NCBI GenBank assembly: GCA_049625305.1
Contig: JBMZVD010000001.1
Span: 5,365-69,364, forward strand
From: Flavicella sp.
Lineage (GTDB): Bacteria; Bacteroidota; Bacteroidia; Flavobacteriales; Flavobacteriaceae
DNA length: 64,000 nucleotides
Direction of reading: 5' to 3'
In this document: one piece after another, positions 59,202-64,000 of the stretch
How positions within the stretch are numbered: the stretch's first letter is position 1
Layout of the letters: each line of letters starts with the position of its first letter
Notes under the pieces: model-generated
Database searches by the model: none
Told to the model about the DNA's origin: nothing
What the model saw: the letters and a program-made list of their open reading frames with translations, nothing else
Translations under genes and position numbers: made by a program

Positions 59202-62200
59202 TTAGTTGATTTTTTGAGACAAGTTGAATTCACGAGGCAAACCGTCTTTGCATGTAATGCTCACAATCGTTTTTCCATTATTGCTCGAAACATTTTTTAT
59301 AAAATCTTTACTTTCAGCAACCCAAGTGCCATTTAGCGTAATTTCTAAACGGACCTCTTGACTGTAATTTTTGAACTTTCCTTTTTTGTACTCAGGGAAA
59401 TTCAAATCTGGCTGTACCGCACTAATGGTAATTGAACCTGAACCATCGTTTTCCTGAACCATTAGTATAGAAGGTTCAGACACCCTGTTGAGTATTTTTG
59501 TGCTCAAAGGTTTGTCAGCATCAAAAATCACAAAACCTTTCGTTTTACTCTCTTTGTCTAATACAATGTGTGCATTGTTATCAGCCTGTATGATTGTATA
59601 TGATTTTTCTTTTTTCAATTGCTTTCCAAAATTATCTTGTGCATCACTATCCATAAAAGGATAAATAACATACTGGTAAGAAGCATTGTTTGGAGCCTTT
59701 CCATGACTGATCCAACTCGTCGCATAATTTGCTTGTGTTTCTTTTACTCCTTTCCCTTTTGAATTCATAGAACCTGTATTCACTGAATACTTGTTATGAT
59801 AAGAATGTTGTAATGATTTTTTAAAGTGTATTTCTGAATCAGAAAGTATATGGTACCCGTTACCTTGAGGATCTATAAGCCAATTTTTAGATTTGGAATT
59901 CGAACTCAATTTTTTGTCGTAAGGAAATTTCTTAATGTCTTTTCCTTTGACAACCACAGGTAATTTAGGTTTCTTTAAAAAAGTCTGAAACAACGTAGTT
60001 TCTGTGGTATGTTCGGTATCTACACTTGAGATACCAGTTCCGATACAAATCAACTTAGCTCCAAAAGAAAAAACTGATTTCTTAGCTTTTAATTTTCCAG
60101 GAAAACCAATATTCACTTCAGCTCCGTCTGCATTGCCTCCTTTACTTTCGTTTAAAACCATTCCAAAAACACCATTGGAACCTAGCTTGGTACTCCCCGC
60201 AAATGTTTCGTTAGAACGAAACATCAACAGAGGCATTTTAGTCTCCAATGTTTTCAAAGGTAAGTGTATGATAGTCCCTCCTGGATAGCGGTTCCAATCC
60301 CAACCTTCTTGTCTGAAACCACTTGCTTTTTCACCTTTACTATTGAGAAGTTGCACAGTTCCGTTGGCCGGATACCTTCCATATCTATTTTCATTCACAT
60401 AAATTTCAGAAGCCCATACATACTTGCTATACCCCTTGATGATGGCAGCCCAATCATTACTTCTATGCACTGATGTTGCAGCATAAGGCAAAGTAAAATA
60501 ACCAGATGCTTCTTCTTTTTGAACGCCATATATTTTTTCAAAAGTAGCGGTATTTAATGGATCTTGTTTGCCCCATAAACGCATATATGTTGAAGCAAAA
60601 TCGGTATCAACTTTTGAGGTTCCTTCTGGATTACCAGATAGTGCCATCATTAAGAACTGACTTTTAAGGAAAGAGATCCCACCGTCTTCTATAGGATGAC
60701 GTCCTGCATTACCGAATCCCCAATTGAATCCTTGACTAAACAAACTCGAAGTCAAAAAAGATTTTTTGAAATTGGCATGTCCAGCTTCATCAATGCGAAA
60801 GGAAGAACCTGAAAGTGTTTTTATTACTTTGGGTACAGATTTATAAGCTCCAACTCCATAAGCTGGGTAATGACCGTTATGATGCCAACAACTACCATCT
60901 ACCTTAAATCCCCATTCTTCATTTTGTTGTGCCAAAGTCAAAGAGATATAATTTGAAAAAGCATGGAGTAAGTGGGCTTGTGTTTCTTGCTTTTCAAACA
61001 TAAAAGCTAACATCATATGGTAATAAGATTGCGTATTCAAATAATCTATATTGATATGAAATGTACTTGGGTCATCAAGGAGCATTCCTATATTAAATAG
61101 CCAATGTAAACTCGCACCAACCTCATCTAACAAATCGTGTTGACTCAAAAAGTGACGCATTACAAAAAATGCTTCTGTTATTTCACGTACATTGTACCCG
61201 ATATGGTGTCTTGTTCCACCGCTCGATCCAACTTGCCAACCCTGATCCAAGTAATACTTGGTCCCTGCTAGAAACATAGATTCAATTTCTTTCTTTTCAT
61301 CAACATTTGCGCGGTCGTGGTAACTAGCAAGCTTTTTCATTACCTTTCCGAGATCACGAATATCGTTGTGAACCCTCTCTCCCTGTTGTTTTTTATCATA
61401 AAAATCTTGTGATTCCTTGAACGTAAGTGGAGGTCCCAAAACTGTTGCACCCGATGCATCAAGCCCCAATTTTTCATACATTTTTCGCAAAGTATTGATG
61501 TATACTTTGTACCTCTTGTGTATGGCCATATTTTGGTCTAAAACAGCCTCTATTTTTTTCAATTCGTTTTTTTCAATCGTTGAAATCGCTTTGGCTTGTA
61601 TGTTTTTGATACGGTTGTAATTAGAAATCAATGGCATCCAGTGATCGTCTGAGAGCTTTTGATTGGACTTTATAAATGGTACTATTTCGTCTGGATATTG
61701 GTGCCTGTCGTCCTGAAATTGTGAAAAGATAATGTCGTCAAAAAACAATTTCCCTTGCTCTGTATTGCTACTTACTTTGAACGTTTCAAAATCAACCATA
61801 GCCAATTTTTGAGGAGTATCACCTTGCATTTCGTAATAGGGAACCCATATACGACGCCATCCTTTGAAATTTAGTGCAATGTCAAAACCAACATTTTCTC
61901 CAGACTCATTTTCGAAAGAGATGCGTATGGTTCCATCTTGTGGTATTTCGCTGTAGACAGACATTTGCAAAGTAGGACTGGCAGGAAAGTGATCTCCATA
62001 AGCCAATGGACTTTCATCTAATGAAAGAGATTTGAAATGTGTTGTTGAGAAACTACTTTTTTCGTTCCATTCCCATTTCAAAGAGTTTTGACCAAATCTT
62101 CTGTGTTCATTACTTATTGAGAGTGTTGCATTTTCAGAATTGTAAAAATTCAAAACCTTTGAAGATTCGAACGATTCAACTGCAGGGGCATATAAATCTT

Positions 62201-62255
62201 GTGCATTGACAATAGCAAATTGCATTGCTAAAAAGACTGTTACTAGTACTTTCAT
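59202..62255 (-). CDS. PL8 chondroitin-sulfate ABC lyase-type enzyme (periplasmic)
   Basis: N-terminal lyase_N-like domain (SLKW, LNFKGWR), DYLNT, WHHNGHYPAY (His..Tyr pair), GRHP, SEIY, GWDWNRYPG; 1017 aa. Confidence 0.9.
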   Translation of the reverse strand: MKVLVTVFLAMQFAIVNAQDLYAPAVESFESSKVLNFYNSENATLSISNEHRRFGQNSLKWEWNEKSSFSTTHFKSLSLDESPLAYGDHFPASPTLQMSVYSEIPQDGTIRISFENESGENVGFDIALNFKGWRRIWVPYYEMQGDTPQKLAMVDFETFKVSSNTEQGKLFFDDIIFSQFQDDRHQYPDEIVPFIKSNQKLSDDHWMPLISNYNRIKNIQAKAISTIEKNELKKIEAVLDQNMAIHKRYKVYINTLRKMYEKLGLDASGATVLGPPLTFKESQDFYDKKQQGERVHNDIRDLGKVMKKLASYHDRANVDEKKEIESMFLAGTKYYLDQGWQVGSSGGTRHHIGYNVREITEAFFVMRHFLSQHDLLDEVGASLHWLFNIGMLLDDPSTFHINIDYLNTQSYYHMMLAFMFEKQETQAHLLHAFSNYISLTLAQQNEEWGFKVDGSCWHHNGHYPAYGVGAYKSVPKVIKTLSGSSFRIDEAGHANFKKSFLTSSLFSQGFNWGFGNAGRHPIEDGGISFLKSQFLMMALSGNPEGTSKVDTDFASTYMRLWGKQDPLNTATFEKIYGVQKEEASGYFTLPYAATSVHRSNDWAAIIKGYSKYVWASEIYVNENRYGRYPANGTVQLLNSKGEKASGFRQEGWDWNRYPGGTIIHLPLKTLETKMPLLMFRSNETFAGSTKLGSNGVFGMVLNESKGGNADGAEVNIGFPGKLKAKKSVFSFGAKLICIGTGISSVDTEHTTETTLFQTFLKKPKLPVVVKGKDIKKFPYDKKLSSNSKSKNWLIDPQGNGYHILSDSEIHFKKSLQHSYHNKYSVNTGSMNSKGKGVKETQANYATSWISHGKAPNNASYQYVIYPFMDSDAQDNFGKQLKKEKSYTIIQADNNAHIVLDKESKTKGFVIFDADKPLSTKILNRVSEPSILMVQENDGSGSITISAVQPDLNFPEYKKGKFKNYSQEVRLEITLNGTWVAESKDFIKNVSSNNGKTIVSITCKDGLPREFNLSQKIN

Positions 62256-62410
62256 TGTATGGTTTTTAATAATGATAAATTATCATTTATTGTACTGATC
62301 TCAAATTGGGTATTTCAAAAATACTGCCAAATATTATAGCATTTATTTAAATTAGTTTTGGCATTTATTTTCAAGAAAAAAAGATGCTATTTTACTTATT
62401 CAACCAACTA

Positions 62411-63685
62411 TTACTTTTGTAATTTTTGCAACCTAGACAAAGCTTCTATGTAATAATAATCTGCATAGATAAGTGCTACGTCTATTTCGTGACCTAAAGA
62501 TTTAGCACCCGTAGAATGTAGTAAGAAAGAATCCGCTTTTCCAACTGCTGAGTATGATGAAGAACCCAAGGACTCTAAAATTTTTAACGCTTCATTGTAG
62601 TAAAAGATTTGCTTGTCTTTTTCTTCAGCGAACTGACTTAAGTCTAGCAAGGCTGAAGCCACAACAGCTGCTGCTGAAGCATCTTTTTCTTCTTTTGGAT
62701 CATTAGCGACATCAAAGTCCCAACAAGGAACCCTGTCTTCAGGCAATAGAGAAATATATGTATCTGCTAATTTTTGAGCAAAATCTAAAAACTTTTTATC
62801 CTTTGTTTCTTTGTACACCATGGTATACCCGTACACTCCCCAGGCTTGCCCTCTTGACCACCTACTATCGTCCGCATAACCTTGTTTGGTATGTCTGTTG
62901 AGAACAGCACCGGAAATAGAATCGTATTCTAACACATGCCAAGAAGTAAAATCTGGTCTAAAATGGTTTTTCATAGTAGTTTCTGCATGTCTTACAGCAA
63001 TGTCATACAGTTCAGATCCTCCTCCATTTTTTGCCGCCCAGAACAATAACTCTAAATTCAACATATTGTCGATAATTGTGATATGTTGTTGCCAACGTGG
63101 ATGCATTTTGTTGGACCAAGAACGGATGGTTCCCACTTTTGGATTGAATCGACTTGCTAGAGAATTTGCAGAAGTTATAAGAATCTCTTTGTAGTTTTCT
63201 TTTCCACCAATTTTTAGGCCATTCCCATAGGCTGGAAACATCATAAAACCGATGTCATGGTGTTCTGTGATGTATTTAAAATCTTCAAAAATCTCAGTGC
63301 GTTTGATGGCTTCTTGCTTCCATTTTTCATCTCCCGTAAGTTCGTATGCATACCATAGAATTCCTGGATAAAAACCTGAAGTCCATATCAATTTATCATT
63401 TTTAACTTCTTTCCATGTAGTCGCATTGCTTTCAATCAAACGAGGATGTTTGGTAAGGTCCTTTAATTTAGGAACTGCTATCTCCAATTGAGAATCACAA
63501 GCTTCGATTTGACTCTTATAATCTATACTCAATTTCTCAGATACTGTTTTGTGAACTAGAGTTGGCTGACTAATAGTTTTGCTTTTGGACTCCTTGCAAC
63601 TAGTCGCGACAACAAAGACAACCGCAAAGAAAAATCCTTTGCAAGTAGTTAAAAGTTTTGGGTTTTGAAAAGATACTTTATTCAT
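62411..63685 (-). CDS. GH88 unsaturated glucuronyl hydrolase, lipoprotein
   Basis: WTSGFYPG, HDIGF, IIDNMLN, WSRGQAW, DASAAA, YADYYYIEAL. Confidence 0.93.
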   Translation of the reverse strand: MNKVSFQNPKLLTTCKGFFFAVVFVVATSCKESKSKTISQPTLVHKTVSEKLSIDYKSQIEACDSQLEIAVPKLKDLTKHPRLIESNATTWKEVKNDKLIWTSGFYPGILWYAYELTGDEKWKQEAIKRTEIFEDFKYITEHHDIGFMMFPAYGNGLKIGGKENYKEILITSANSLASRFNPKVGTIRSWSNKMHPRWQQHITIIDNMLNLELLFWAAKNGGGSELYDIAVRHAETTMKNHFRPDFTSWHVLEYDSISGAVLNRHTKQGYADDSRWSRGQAWGVYGYTMVYKETKDKKFLDFAQKLADTYISLLPEDRVPCWDFDVANDPKEEKDASAAAVVASALLDLSQFAEEKDKQIFYYNEALKILESLGSSSYSAVGKADSFLLHSTGAKSLGHEIDVALIYADYYYIEALSRLQKLQK

Positions 63686-63881
63686 TGGATCGTTTTTATA
63701 TTTTACTCAAATTCACTTATACAAAGAACACCAAAAACATGAAAAATATAGAGGGATATATGTTCTTAAGCAAGGGGTAAAATGACCTTTACCAGTATTC
63801 ATCGTGGTTTTAAGTAGATACAATTGGAAAATTTGATTTGTTTCTGTAGTATTCAAATCAGTATAAATTAGATGAGCACAT

Positions 63882-63910
63882 AAAAAAAAACAGCCATCTT
63901 TGATGGCTGT
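63882..63910 (-). terminator. Intrinsic terminator of the T9SS-cargo gene
   Basis: acagccatc-ttt-gatggctgt with an A-run on the left, which reads as a U-tract on the minus strand. Confidence 0.85.
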
Positions 63911-63935
63911 CTTGTTTTAATATTTTTTTTAACAA

Positions 63936-63998
63936 TTAGTTCACTACAACTTTTTTTGTAATCAAAGTTCCTTCTTCCGTTTTGATTTCAAGCAGATA
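63936..63998 (-). CDS. C-terminal fragment of a protein with a type IX secretion (type A) sorting domain; partial
   Basis: Own translation of the reverse strand gives YLLEIKTEEGTLITKKVVVN*, matching the Y.L.I......TKK.V CTD ending. Not in the ORF track. Confidence 0.8.
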   Translation of the reverse strand, partial: YLLEIKTEEGTLITKKVVVN

Positions 63999-64000
63999 CA

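Noticed and set aside
62271-62287. aatgataa-a-ttatcatt palindrome upstream of the PL8 gene as a Fur box
   Set aside because: It is 2 bp shorter than the 7-1-7 Fur geometry, matches the 19-bp consensus poorly, is very AT-rich and lies inside an operon. It may simply be an mRNA hairpin.
119-63194. The many 60-133 aa ORF-track entries overlapping larger genes
   Set aside because: They are antisense or off-frame shadows of well-supported CDSs, with no motifs or promoters of their own.
1-64000. CRISPR arrays, tRNA/rRNA genes, transposases, defence systems
   Set aside because: No spaced direct repeats, cloverleaf or rRNA-like segments, or relevant protein motifs were seen by eye. A covariance-model search was not possible.

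Overview
A 64 kb, AT-rich chromosomal window from a Bacteroidota genome. Gene order and the TAnnTTTG/TTTG promoters point to Flavobacteriaceae, probably marine (inference). Bases 1-35.9k are mostly core genes: rpmE2, glutaminyl cyclase, dnaG, clpX-clpP, a DEAD-box helicase, tig, pdxJ, nadK, porG-like-uppS-bamA-ompH-ompH-murI, rho, rpoD and rpe. A response regulator / two-repeat lipoprotein / TPR histidine kinase cassette lies at 30.9-34.2k. Bases 36k-64k form a polysaccharide-utilisation region, mainly on the minus strand, with three blocks: (1) SusC/SusD/SGBP with an esterase, an S1 sulfatase, a GH3 and a sulfatase-GH10 fusion; (2) a LacI-controlled hexosamine block (NahK-like kinase, MFS transporter, NagB-LmbE fusion); (3) a chondroitin/dermatan block (GH88, PL8 chondroitinase ABC-type lyase, S1 sulfatase, CBM9-like protein). 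The C-terminus of a T9SS-secreted protein sits at the right edge. No rRNA, tRNA, CRISPR array, IS or prophage was seen. Best leads: the sulfatase-GH10 fusion with a remodelled GH10 binding site beside glycosaminoglycan genes; the three-gene signalling cassette whose kinase has a non-canonical H-box (LHN instead of LHD); a perfect 18-bp double operator over a probably leaderless lacI promoter; a G-free rut-like rho leader; and an ECF-type promoter in front of rpoD. All family assignments come from reading motifs, not from database searches.
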